A stretch of DNA of 64,000 bases, from the NCBI GenBank assembly GCA_051294375.1, contig CM119266.1, forward strand, positions 222,012-286,011, given 5' to 3'. This document shows positions 23,084 to 35,428 of the stretch, in pieces (within the stretch, counting starts at the first letter, position 1; every line of letters begins with the position of its first letter). The translations under genes and the position numbers were made by a program. The DNA comes from Paraspadella gotoi (Eukaryota > Animalia > Chaetognatha). The notes under the pieces are model-generated. The model saw only the letters and a list, made by a program, of their open reading frames with translations, was not told the origin of the DNA and ran no database searches.

Positions 23084-23799
23084 TCTTCTTCTTTTCTCTC
23101 TCTCTCCTCCTCCTCCTCTCTCTCTCTCCTCCCTCCTTCTTCCTTTTCCCTAATAATTGGCCCCTCTTTTTCTCTATTATTGCTCTTTTTGTCAATCCTT
23201 CGTTTCTCCCCGCCCCTGTGTTCACAAAGCGACCGCGTGGCGGAGTTGCTCATCCTCGGTTCAATTTGGCGCGCGTGGATAGGAGGGAAAGGAGACGAGC
23301 GAGGCTGCACGCGCGACGAGCGTGGTTTCATTTTTTCTTACCTTCCTCCCTTTTCCTCCTTTTCCTCCTTCTATCCCACTCGCTCTCCCTCAATGCCTCC
23401 CCCCCATTCCCCATCCCCCCCAACGTTATTGCTTTTCCTCTTCCTCTTCCTCCTCTTTATCGTTCACCAATTGACTTCGAGCATCTTTTACTTCTTTCCT
23501 TTTTCCTTCTTTCTTTCTTCTCCGTTATTTTCTTTCTTCTTTATTAACCTCACATTTCCTCTCTCTCCTTTCTCGACTATTCCCTCAAACCTCCTTCTCT
23601 ATATCTCCCTTTTTCCTTCCAATCTGCCCTCTCTTCCTCCTCCTCTTCCTCCTCCTCCTCCTCGACTTCCCCCTCCTCCTCAATCCGCACCATCTCTTCA
23701 CGGGTTCAATTTAGTTCCGTTTTTCCTCATATTGTTATTGCCATCCTTTCTTCCCTTTTATCGCTTCCATTTTCACGCCTTTTGTGTTTTGACATTCTT

Positions 23800-23861
<62 letters not shown>

Positions 23862-26679
23862 TGGGGCTTTAGATTCCAATAAGAGTTTCGAGAAAGACGA
23901 CGAAGATTGGGGGATTGAGGTGGTTTCCAGTGAGATTAAAGGTGGTTTCTCGATCAGGTTAGATTTGATGTGGTTTTAGGCCACCTTATCTGTGCTTACA
24001 TCTGTAATAGTGACACTTTAGCGCTCAGTTGCATCTCTTTGCGATTTTGTCCGACTTAAGGCCTGGGATCACTCGCCAAAAGTTATAAATAGGGTAACAC
24101 AAAGCTTGGATTTTGAAAGTAGAGGTCCAGTCGATTCCGAAAATGTATTCACTTTAATAAAGTCTTTATTATTTATAAAGTCTTTATTATTTCTTCAAAA
24201 CCGTTGGTATTTTTTCGAATTTTATATTACTATATAAAATAAAAGAAACCTAAACGGCTAAGCGGTTTTTGATAAAATTTAACATAATTTTACTTGAGGT
24301 GAAGGTCCCCAATTCTATGAGAGGGATTTTCCAAATTCACTTTTCGTCATTAGGAAAAAAAAAGAATAATGAAATTTTGGCATTAAAATCTATTTTCATT
24401 TCTAGTTTAAATGATTGCTTTACCGTTCTCTGAAGTTTTATCCAATTTTTAAATTTTTTTTTTAAATTCAAAAAAATGTTGTGACACAAAACACGGACGG
24501 GTGAACAAGGAGGATGCTGCAAGGGGTTTACTTATTTTTCGTCTGTGGCAAACGGTCAAGCTTTAAAGCCAGTTTTTGAATGTGGGGAACAGAAACTAAT
24601 TGGAACAAGAGGAGAGCATAACGATTGTCCATCTGTGGAATCAGTGACATCTATGGCACCAAGAGCGTTTCTATCTCAGAGGACCGACTGCAGATGCCAA
24701 TCAACAATTGTTTTGACTTTTAAAAATGTACAATTTTTGTATTACTCTTTTAGTAAAAAAAATGGTATTAGGCATCATTAAATATGTATTCTGCACTCTC
24801 TCTACATAAACATTTATATTTTCATCTTTAATTGATCCAATTACATCATAAGAATGACTAGGTTTTAGGTACTAGTATTACACTGAGATAGCTGATGTTA
24901 ATTGAATAAAAAAAATTAAAATTCGCTTTTAAAAATGACTTTACCGTCTTGAATGAAATTTTTTTAAGATTACCGATAAAAAAAATTGCCCGATTTTTGG
25001 GTGGCTCTTGAAGCTGAACCTTAGTCAAATTTGAAGTTTTTTTATTTGAAACACGAAGGAAATATACTTCTTTTGCATAAAAATAATTTGTATAAAGCTT
25101 TATGCAATTCTTGTTTGAATGATCCCAGGCCTTAACGAATCTTCAGTCTTTCTTGAGCCGAAAGCAAAACTTCGAACGTTTTTTGTTCTGTGGAAAATCG
25201 GTCTCTAAATTATTTTCAGCCCGAATCTTCTGGGAACTTCTAAGTAGCAAATTGAAGGGACTGGAAACGGAAGGAGGCTCGCGCACCTCGTCCGACTCAA
25301 CCATCTCTTTAATTTAATATTGTTAATCAATTAATCAATTAATCAATTCGGGAAATTGATTCCCCTTTCTTTTTTTCTATTTATGTGATTCTTTTTTAAA
25401 TTCATCTGGTTTTATTTCCCCCCGGAATTTTCTCATTAATCTTTTTATTCACTAATTTACTTCTTTTTTATTTCCTTATTTTCCTTCTTTGTCTTCTTCT
25501 TTCTTTCTTTCTCTTCTCCTTTCTTCTTCTATCTTCCTTCCCCTTTATTTTATTTCTTTCTTTCTTTCCTCCTTAATTTTCTTCCTTCGATCTCCCTCTT
25601 TTCTGTCCTCTTTTTCCCCTCCTCCTCCCTCCACTTTTCTCGCCATCTCATTTCTCATTCCTTTGATTTTCTTTTGCGTCTAAATCCCAGGTTCCGAGGC
25701 GCCAGCGCCGCTTTTGCGGTCCCCCCCGGCGCTGAAAGCCCCGGATGTTGAAGCGACCGGCGCCATCGTCCGGGGGGAAACGCCTACCGATTTCTCATCG
25801 TCGAAGCGCCAAGGCGAGGGGGGAGGCGTGGCGATGAATTGTGAGCGAAGATGGTGAAACGTGCGAGGAAGAAATGCTATTGGGGGTGGGGGGGAAGAAA
25901 TATTTTTGGGAGGGGGGAAATTTGTGAAAAGCTAGTGAAGCTCGTAAATCGTGAATCGAGACGAAAAAGACGGTGAATTGTGAGGAGAATGTAAATTGCG
26001 ACTCTGATTTGTGATGCGAGAGTTTTTTTTTTTTTTTTTTCAATTTTGGTGACCCCAAAAACAATAGGCTCTGCCTTGAATGAGGAACATGATAAGATAG
26101 TAAATTGGTTAAGAGAAAAATGATAAAAGAGAGAAGAGGAGAGACGAGGGAAAATGATGAGAGAGATGAGAGAGAGAGAGAGAGAGACGAGAAGAGCGGA
26201 GAGAGAAGAGAGAGAGAGAGAGAGAATGTATATATATCTAGTGAAGAAAAATGAATTAATCGGATAATAACATTTAATTTACACTAAAAAGCGCCTTTCA
26301 TTTAATTAAAATGATTGCCGGTAAACGAGATTAAGCCAATAAAATTCGAAAGCTTTGCTTTCCAACTTTTTATCGCCAATCGGAAAGTTGATTGTTGGTC
26401 ATAGGAAAGACTTAACGAAAGTCCCTCTGGGGAAAGAAAGTTGGGAACGACTTACCCCAACATGTCCCCCCCCCCACCGCTAGGGGCGGAAAATCTCTAT
26501 TATCTCCTCCTTTGTTAAAAGCGAAGAGCCTTAACTCAGTCTTACATCGGCTCGGAGACGAGCGAAGGCAGGGCATCCTTCCGGACCGAAGGAGAAGGGA
26601 TGCGTTGGAACATTTCTTAGTTTTTCATCATAAAACGCCTCATTTACCACTAACTGTTTGGAGATAGAGAGAGAGAGGA

Positions 26680-26715
<36 letters not shown>

Positions 26716-26742
26716 AGAGAGAGGAGAGAGAGAGAGAGAGAT

Positions 26743-26773
<31 letters not shown>

Positions 26774-27529
26774 CAGAGAGAGAGAGAGAAAGAGACGGAG
26801 AGAGATGAGAAAAGAGGAGAGCAGAGGAGAAAGAGACAGAGAGAGAGAGATAGACGAGAGAGAGAGAGAGAGACGAGATGAGAAGAAGAGAAAGAGAGAA
26901 ANNNNNNNNNNNNNNNNNNNNNNNNNNNNNNNNNNNNNNNNNNNNNNNNNNNNNNNNNNNNNNNNNNNNNNNNNNNNNNNNNNNNNNNNNNNNNNNNNNN
27001 NNNNNNNNNNNNNNNNNNNNNNNNNNNNNNNNNNNNNNNNNNNNNNNNNNNNNNNNNNNNNNNNNNNNNNNNNNNNNNNNNNNNNNNNNNNNNNNNNNNN
27101 NNNNNNNNNNNNNNNNNNNNNNNNNNNNNNNNNNNNNNNNNNNNNNNNNNNNNNNNNNNNNNNNNNNNNNNNNNNNNNNNNNNNNNNNNNNNNNNNNNNN
27201 NNNNNNNNNNNNNNNNNNNNNNNNNNNNNNNNNNNNNNNNNNNNNNNNNNNNNNNNNNNNNNNNNNNNNNNNNNNNNNNNNNNNNNNNNNNNNNNNNNNN
27301 NNNNNNNNNNNNNNNNNNNNNNNNNNNNNNNNNNNNNNNNNNNNNNNNNNNNNNNNNNNNNNNNNNNNNNNNNNNNNNNNNNNNNNNNNNNNNNNNNNNN
27401 NNNNNNNNNNNNNNNNNNNNNNNNNNNNNNNNNNNNNNNNNNNNNNNNNNNNNNNNNNNNNNNATTCGGTCTCCATGGAGATTTTTATGATTTCGTCATG
27501 ACTAATTTGTTGTTGGATGAAGATGGAAA

Positions 27530-27565
<36 letters not shown>

Positions 27566-30500
27566 NNNNNNNNNNNNNNNNNNNNNNNNNNNNNNNNNNN
27601 NNNNNNNNNNNNNNNNNNNNNNNNNNNNNNNNNNNNNNNNNNNNNNNNNNNNNNNNNNNNNNNNNNNNNNNNNNNNNNNNNNNNNNNNNNNNNNNNNNNN
27701 NNNNNNNNNNNNNNNNTCTCTCTCCCTCTCTCTCTCTCTCTCTTACTCTTATTCACCATCCAGTCTCTTGAATGAGATTCACTGGTTTTTCTTCAAAGCG
27801 GAAAACGTTGACTTAATTGGGCCGAAAAAAAAGGACGAGAAAATTAAACGAGAATTTTTTTTCATTTTATAATTTTTCTGAAGAGATTTCGTCATAGTTA
27901 TTTACACTAGGCAATGTCATCATCGTTGTTATTGTCTAAAACGAAAACGCTTTTGTGTACAATTTATTGTTTCATGCCAAAGTTAACTATTTGGGAAATA
28001 GGATTTATGTTTAAAATGATTCCATTAGGATTGTACCCACATAGGATTGCGCCCAGAAAATTTTATGGGCCCAATACTACGTGGGCACAATCCTGCGACC
28101 ACCGTTTTAAAGCTTATCCGAATGGTAATATTCTTAGAAGGCCATTCTCTTGATAGATTTAGTCACCATTTGGTACTATCAAGAAAATCTTTTGTATAAT
28201 ATTTACTGATTTTTAACTAATCTTTTCCCCATTTTCTCCCCAACTTCCCACCCAACTTTGACCACCCAAACCCCCTAAGGTTTCGAGGACCTCCTAAGCG
28301 TCTCCAGCGCGGGCGGGCGACGCCCCTCCGTCGCCTCCAGGGAAATCCCCGTCGACGCCACCGACGTGAGCGTCGCTGATCCGTCGTCGTCTCCGTCATC
28401 GCCGTCGTCGTCGAATCTCGGGCGCTCTCTCTCGCTCAGGCAGTTGAGTCGCGGCAGGGATGGAGGGGAGGCACTCTCTCTCGCTCAGGCAGTTGAGTCG
28501 CGGCAGGGAATGGGAGGGGAGGCACTCTCTCTCGCTCAGCAGTTGAGTCGCCGGCAGGGATGGTGGGAGGCACTCTCTGCTCGCTCAGGCAGTTGAGTCG
28601 CGCAGGGATGGAGGGGGGCACTCTCTCTTCGCTCAGGCAGTTGAGTCGCGGCAGGGATGGAGGGAGGCACTCTCTCTCGTCTCAGGCAGTTTTTGAGTTC
28701 GCAGGGATGGAGGGAGGCACTCTCCTTGCTCAAGGGAGTTGAGTCGGGCAGGGAATGGAGGGGAGGCACTCTCTCTCCTCAGCTGCGGGCAGGATAGGGA
28801 GCCTTCAGGCAGTTGAGTCGCCGGCAGGGATGGAGGGGAGGCACCTCTCTCCTCAGGCAGTTGAGTCCGGCAGGGATGGAGGGAGGCACTCTCTCTCACC
28901 AGGCAGTTAAGATCGCGGCAGGGATGAGGGGCAGGCACTCTCTCTCCTCAGGCAGTTGAGATGCGCTGAGGGCAGGGGGAGGGGAGGGCACTCTCTGCTC
29001 CTCATGCAGTTGAGTCGCGGCAGCAGAGGGGAGGGGGCACTCTCTCTCCTCAGGGCAGATGAGTCGTGGCAGAGATAGAAGGGGAAGGGGAAGGCACTCT
29101 CTCTTGCTCAAGCAGTTGAGTCGCTGCAAGGGCATGGAGGGGGAGGGGAGGCACTCTCGTCTTGCTGAGGCAGTTGGTCGTGCAGGGATGGAGGGGAAGG
29201 CACTCTCTCTCGCTCAGGCGTTGAGTCACGGCAGAGATGGAGGGGAGGCGGAAGGCACTCTCTCTCGCTCAGGCAGTTGAGTCGCGGCAGGGACAGAGGG
29301 GGAGAAGGGGCACTCTCTCTCACTCGGGCAGGGATAGAGGTGGAGGGGAGGCGACGGATGTAGGTCAATTCGTCCGAACGAAGTTCACATTCATTTAACT
29401 TGTAAAATATTTTTTTTAAATATTTATTAAACCAAAAAGAATGATAGTTTTTAGTCTAGCTTGCTTAAATGACGCGGCGGTGTTAACGAGGTATACGCAA
29501 TTTTATTGAGTAGAAACATCTTGGTGAGGCGACTTACCACCGGTCTTTCTCTCTAAACCCTTCCTCTCTCCTCTTTCTCCGAGCCAGTCTATCCACACGG
29601 TCACTTTGCCCTAGCTTTGGCAATGACCTTAGATTGACCGGACACAGTAATAGGGCCGAGGCGACCGTAAGGTTAAGTTGGTCCGGGCGATGATAAAAGT
29701 GGATCAGGAGAGAGCTAGACTCACTTCTTTTCTACTTCTCTTACATCGTCACAATTCTTCACCTTCTCCTCACTTTTATTATTATTATTTTCGTCTTCTA
29801 CATTGGGATATATTAAATCTTTCACGAAATAATCTTATTGAGACCTCCTAAAAATATATTTTTGTTTTCTGTTTAGCGGACAAAAACTTTATAAATTAAA
29901 CCGTAATTCGTTCTAACGATCCGACTACAATATGCAAATTAATTTAAAGCACCATTTTTCCCTTCCATCAAGGCGCCGTTCTTGCCCCTTCAGCAACACC
30001 ATCAAGATGCGGCGCTTCCCGATCGTCGAGGACGTTTGCCCGACGCTGACGCCTCTCGCAGACGCCGCAGCAGGCGCGGAAACAACGACGACGACGCCGC
30101 GACTCTCAGCGGAGCCTTCGACGACCTCGTTGGAGCCGGTGACGGACGCCAGCGTCGACGTCTTCGTCGACGCCGGAACGCCCTCCGACGAGGATGACGA
30201 CGACGACAACGACGACGTGGATCGTCTCGTCCACAGAGTCGCTGGAAGGATGAGGACGTTGACGCCGGACGGTGAGCGAAGGTTGCTGTTATTGTGGTTG
30301 TTTTTTGTTGCCGACTTCGTTAAGGTTCGAGTTTTTTGTCGTTTTATCCTTTAGACTCGTGCATTTGATTTCCCTCAAAACCTCTTTCGCCTGACTTGTT
30401 TGTTTTCAACACCCCATCGCCTTTCCGCCCTTACCTACTTTAAATCTCCCTTTTCCTATAAAATATCTCACCCTCATCTTCATCTTTTCCTTACCTTTTC

Positions 30501-33344
30501 TCAACCGGATCTTTAATCCTCTTCCTCGACTTTACCTTACCCAAATTCTGTCGCACTTACCAATTCACCCATCTTCAGGCGAAGCGATGGACTTCCGCCG
30601 CGGCAGCGAGAGCGGTCTCCGCGTCGGCCGCAGCGTCGTTGGCCAGCGGTTGGCGTCCTTCGACGGCGGGCGGATGATGAGCGGCGGCGGCGGTGGCGGT
30701 GTGGGCGCCGATGCGGCGGGTGGGAAAGGCGGGGACGAGAACTCTTTGGTCGTGACGCCTGACGAACAGGCGAGGAGCAATTCGACCGTTGGGGTTAATA
30801 TGGAGACTATGGGCATCCCTAAGGCCGGCTGCCAGAGGAGGTGAGTTTGGGATCGTGGCGTGGATGGATTTGGGGGAATTGGGTCCGGGGGTGGTTGGAT
30901 TGTTTGATAGCGTCAATGAGAGATGAATGGACGAGAGGAGGATTAGATGAAGGGATGACCGAATCAATATATATATATAATAATATGATATAATATAATA
31001 ATAAGATTATACATGTATGGCTAGATGGAGTGATAAGTAGACGGCAGATTAGTCAAAAGAATGAATATTTAAAAATTTAAATTGCATTATGGCATTTTAA
31101 GGAGTTTATGTCAAAAAAAGTAAATCATCGGACTACTTACCTTGAAATCGTAATTATCGTAAAAAGATTATTCATATCAAATTATTAATAAAAACTAAAC
31201 ACTTGACTAAAAGAGAAGAAAATTTTCATTTTCACGTAAATATATCTGACTATGGCAGCCATTAACATCACAATTATTTAATTTTTTCTTCAAGTTTTTT
31301 TCTTTAAAATGGAATCATTAATAAATGTTACTATAAAAAACTATAAAAAACTATAAAAAATAACGTTCAAGGATCAAATGTCAAAATCGGAAACAGTAAA
31401 AAACAAAACGATTAACACAAAACAATAACAGTAACGGTGTCAACAACAGATTAAAATGGTATCGGTAACTGTATCAATAACAGCGTCATTTTTTAATGTT
31501 AAGAACTTATACATTAAAAACTCTAATATTATAACGTTCAAGAACGTTCAAAGATCAGATGTTAAAAATCATAAAAACCAGGAACACGAAAAACATCAAG
31601 TATAAAATGGAAGCAACATTAATAAAACATTCAAAAATAATATTCAAAAACATAAAATATGAAACAAAAACATAAAATGTTATAAAATGAAATGTTATAA
31701 CCCTAATATAAAAACATTAAAGATATTATAAGTCAAAAAAAGAGCTTAAAAATGTAAAAATTAAATTAAATTAAATTTTAAATTTTTAACTGTAAATGAG
31801 AGAGGGACCACAACGCTAAACAACGCTAAACAACCATAAAACACAATAACGCTAAACAACCATAAATCATAATAAGACTACAACCAACAATAAAATAAAA
31901 TTCAGCACGCAAAATCAATTAAAGACGCTAAACCAGTGGCTGCGCCATTACATGTAAATCGCTTTCAAGGGCTTAAGCTGAACTGTTACTGTAGCACTAA
32001 TATTTTTTTTTCAACTTGCATCATTTAGGATTAAAAACCCGTTAAGGTAGAAGGATTAAAGAAAAAAAAGTAGTAATGAATCTTAAATAGAATATGCTTG
32101 AATAGCATAGTCAATGTCAGTTTGTGCGGGGTAAAGTATTGAAGGATTCGAATCCCCAATAGTTCTATCGAAAGTTATGTTAATTTCGATGGATTTCATC
32201 AGATAAAATGTTTTGAATGTTCCTTTGTCTTACAAAAGGCCTCTTTTTTTATAAAGCCCTCTAGAATAGGGTGAAAATACAAAGAAGATTTAATAGGACT
32301 GTTCTTTTGTTTCAGAAAAGATATACTAAAACTAAATTTCATTGCTATTTTGTTTTAAAAACGCCATCTGGTTTATTAACACCAAAACAGGCTAAAATTT
32401 GCTATTTTGTGTAAAGCGATGCAAGTGAAGATCCAGTGGGTGCAGACAGAAGAGCAAATTTGTATAAAAAGTAAAGGGAAAATGCTCATAGTAAAAAAAG
32501 TAAGAGAAAAATCCTCGTAAAAAGTAACAAGTTATAATGATAGAAAAAAAAATTGAAAAAATTACAAAAATACAAAGAGCTACTTCATAAAGATAGACAT
32601 AAAAAATACACACTATGATACTTAAAAATAAAAACTATAACACACTATAAACCACTAACAGACACTACCTTACAAACAATATAAAACCGTATAAAACGTA
32701 TAAAAACACTCTAACAAAAACAAACAAAATAAATAATTGTATGTGGTCCCTCATTGCGCGATAACAGATATTAGATACTCTTATTAGACTTATATTCTTA
32801 TTGGTTAAATAAATTCCAATAACCTATTTTTACCCATTTAATTAGATTTCCCCACTCTATATATCCATCCTCAATTAAATTAATGTACCCAGTACATTTC
32901 CTAGCAAGATTCCTTTTTTAAAAGTACTTAAGTACTTAAATGTGTTATTGAGCTATAAAAGAATGGTTTTCATTTCAGAAGCGAACACGGAACACGATGC
33001 ACGGCGTCGCGGAAATCCGTTCACTTCGTCGATCACAGAAACTACAGATGGAAGAAGGTGAGTTCATTGGGAAGAATTTCACGGAACAACCACGATTTTT
33101 GTGAATCCAAATGTTAGACATTTAAATAACTTTAATACTAAATTGGTATACGGTTGACAGTAGACTGGGACAGCTGTTTTTGATCTCCGATTATGCATAT
33201 TACACTGTAAAATGCAAATTAGATTTAAGTATCTATCCATTACAGGACAAAGGGACCTCAGGACAGACGCCTTCGTCGTCGTCCACGTCGTCGTCTTCGG
33301 TTTCGGCCGAAGATCACGTGACTTCGCGAACGTCAAAAATGTGA
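15063..33344 (+). CDS. Uncharacterised, largely disordered multi-exon protein with basophilic phosphosite motifs and an RVxF-type motif
   Basis: GC-rich, stop-free, phase-compatible exons: 15063-15185, 16053-16108, 16282-16346, 16408-16571, 16957-17146, 25691-25840, 28280-~28470 (3' end ambiguous, runs into a minisatellite), ~29973-30271, 30579-30840, 32979-33057, 33246-33344 (TGA). No recognised domain. The start codon and the link across the large introns and N gaps are inferred, so this could be two genes. Confidence 0.6.
15421..16037. mobile_element. Non-autonomous hAT-type MITE (617 bp) with an 8-bp TSD
   Basis: Exact TTGCACAC duplication at 15413-15420 and 16038-16045. Imperfect TIR TAGAGTGGAG versus rc TTGGGTGGAG. 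A second partial copy lies at 541-946. An 8-bp TSD with a short TIR is characteristic of hAT. Confidence 0.85.
17273..18962 (-). CDS. Candidate 3' exons of a small nested antisense gene of unknown function
   Basis: Exons 18962-18799, 17680-17588 and 17288-17273 join in phase to give KKRTKGEQRRITATKDERRLITVCRKGHAITVEDDRLYQTITDKQRGVFERNESRKTSDFLFNGEENCKEIVLPSVPELTDLFRTCFKPG*. They are non-repetitive islands within low-complexity DNA. The 5' end is unresolved and no homolog is recognised. Confidence 0.35.
17700..18735. repeat. Purine-rich ~48-bp minisatellite, about 20 copies
   Basis: Unit GGGAAGGTGAAAAGTGAAGGGAGTGGGGGCGGGGAGGAGGAGGAAGAA, with a period of 48 (for example 17778 and 17826). Confidence 0.92.
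20900..21900 (-). mobile_element. Decayed 3' fragment of a non-LTR retrotransposon, possibly R2/NeSL-like
   Basis: The stop-riddled minus-strand translation contains KESLCHILHKCQ (~21330-21365), which resembles the E(T/S)LxH(I/V)LxxC zinc knuckle that precedes the restriction-like endonuclease. Boundaries are approximate. Confidence 0.4.
24060..25131. mobile_element. Non-autonomous DNA transposon with TTAA TSD (Kolobok-like), 1072 bp
   Basis: TTAA (24056-24059) then GGCCTGGGATCACTC, and at the other end GAATGATCCCAGGCC then TTAA (25132-25135): a 14/15 TIR. GG termini fit Kolobok better than piggyBac (CCY). No transposase ORF. Confidence 0.8.
26902..27716. other. Assembly gaps (26902-27463 and 27566-27716) flanked by (AG)/(CT) repeats
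   Basis: N runs. Confidence 0.98.
28425..29352. repeat. ~49-bp GC-rich minisatellite, about 19 copies, starting inside a putative exon
   Basis: Unit CTCTCTCTCGCTCAGGCAGTTGAGTCGCGGCAGGGATGGAGGGGAGGCA, with many small indels between copies. Confidence 0.92.
31802..32752. mobile_element. Possible AT-rich element bounded by an 11-bp inverted repeat
   Basis: GAGGGACCACA at ~31802 and TGTGGTCCCTC at ~32742 in otherwise very AT-rich, A/C-skewed intron sequence. No TSD identified. Confidence 0.35.
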
Positions 33345-35029
33345 CGAAAAAGTTACAAAAAAAGAACAAAGTAACGCGAGAGATTAAAGGACAAAGTGTA
33401 TTTGAATTCGCGAACAATTTTTTATTTTTATTTTTCGAGTTTTACTGTCTCTAAATGATCTCATGGTTTTGTAACGGTGTATAAATTGTAAGGGATTTGA
33501 TTTTCAAATATAAACGGTGATTCACGAAAGTTGGTTATAACAAATTATTACAAATTTCGTCGAGTCTCATCACCTTTTTTTCAATAAAGTCTCACCTTTT
33601 CTCACCCGATTAACATCTACGTCGACTCAAGCGCTCTCTACCTAAACGACCCGCCCCCTTAAGATCTCGCCACTCCTTATTTCCGCCGCTTCAGCCGCTT
33701 CATCCGCTCCAGCCGCCGTCGAGCCGCCTCCGTCGCCCGTCAGACATTCGCCGCTTTCGACTTTTGACGCGTCCTCTTTTGTTCGGCGACGTTTGGCGCA
33801 GATTCGATATTAAAAACCGCGTCATTCGCATCATTCGCGCGTCACGATTTAGCGACGACAACGACGGCCGCGGGACTAACGGTATTGCCGGTTGGTTTAG
33901 TTGCGACGTTGAGATAATAGTCGGTCTCGGGTTCGAGACTGGAGCTCGACATTGTAAGTTTCATCGCTCGATGTGAATCTTTCATTCAGTTCAGTTTTTA
34001 GGCGTCGTTGAAAAAGAATCGCGGTTGAAAATCTTTTATTTGACAAAGCTCTAAAAGAACTAAAAGAATCTTCCTACAATCTTAATAGTAATACAATATT
34101 AATAAAATCTTGTTTTCTAATTTCACTTTTATCATTTCATTTTCTTACCCTCTCGCCCCATTTCAATTCTTCTGCATCCCAAATAGACGCGCCCTAAGAA
34201 ATTCGTGCGACGCTAAGCAATTTTCCCCGAGTGACATTTTTGATGTCTAGAAAACGATGACGCGCGGAGGTAGTTTTAGTAGGTATTGAATTGGGGCAGG
34301 TGTGACGCGCCTGTACGAAGAAAAAGACTTGGCTTTCAGACGGGCCGACGAAAAAATCTACGTTGGTCTATAAAAAAAAGACCATTTTCTAATTTTTGAA
34401 TGAAAGAAACCAGTAAAGAATATTTTACCAGTGACCGTGAGAAATCTGATTTGAAAAGAGATAAAAATAGGGAAGAGATTCAACCTTTTCTCCAGCTGGA
34501 GTACGCGTACGATTCGGGGTTGGCATCTTCAAAAAAAATGAGAGAGAGAAATGGGGATGAGATGAGGGCGAAAAAGGTGAGGGTCACTGTGAAAAGCATC
34601 GGGTGGGGTTAGAGGGTAAGTCATCGAGTCGTGAGCAAAAGAAGAAAAAATGAGGAAATGTGAAGAGAAGAATAAATTCACGTGAAAAAAAAGGTGAGCG
34701 AGAGGAAAGGTTAAAGCGTTAATAAACGCGCGGGAGAAGGCGGGGTGGATGTAGTGAGGGAAAAAAAGGTGAGGGTTCGATTGTCGATCGTTTAAGAAAG
34801 TAAGGTCCTAAATGAATGGGTTGATAATAATGCTAAAGATTAAACGACGGTCAGTTTGGGATTTAATGTTTTTAATATGCGCTTTGCAAACTTTTGGTTT
34901 AGACCTCAATGCGGTAATTGCCATTTCTGATGAGCGGGGTTTATAAGAGTTTATGAGAGTTTATGTCCTACATTTCTAACATAGATCTACTGTCAATTTT
35001 ATCGTTTCTTCTCCAGTCTCATAATCGTC

Positions 35030-35200
35030 TTCTTCCTTATCGTCGTATTCATCCCCCTATTATCGTCGTCGTCATCCTTAACGTCGTATTCATCCCCCTA
35101 TTATCGTCGTCGTCATCCTTACCGTCGTATTCATCCCCCTATTATCGTCGTGCGTCATCCTTATCGTCATATTCCATCCCCTATTATCGTCGTCGTCATG
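35030..35200. repeat. ~41-bp tandem repeat, about 4 copies
   Basis: Repeats of CGTCGTATTCATCCCCCTATTATCGTCGTCGTCATCCTTA. Confidence 0.85.
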
Positions 35201-35386
35201 CTTATCTTCCCATCCGCATTTTAAGTGACGTCATTCGTTTATTTAGAGTTTGATTTTCCTCCCATGTCGTTTCTCTGTATTCATCGTTTCCTCTCTCTTC
35301 TCTCTCTCTCTCTCTCTCTCCTCCTCTCTCTCTCTCCTCTCTTTCTCTCTCTCTCTCTCTTTCTCTTTCTCTTCTCTCTTTCTCTT

Positions 35387-35428
<42 letters not shown>

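Noticed and set aside
19015-23872. Long Leu/Ser/Phe or Arg/Glu ORFs, also common from 35 to 62 kb
   Set aside because: They are (CT)n/(AG)n low-complexity DNA with no splice-consistent structure or motifs.
26640-27872. ORFs spanning X runs
   Set aside because: Artefacts of assembly gaps.
28425-29352. CRISPR-like array (also considered for 8014-8213 and 17700-18735)
   Set aside because: Contiguous tandem units with no unique spacers, no cas genes, and a eukaryotic context.
31050-32760. NUMT, suggested by the strong A/C strand skew
   Set aside because: No mitochondrial gene, rRNA or tRNA motif recognised.
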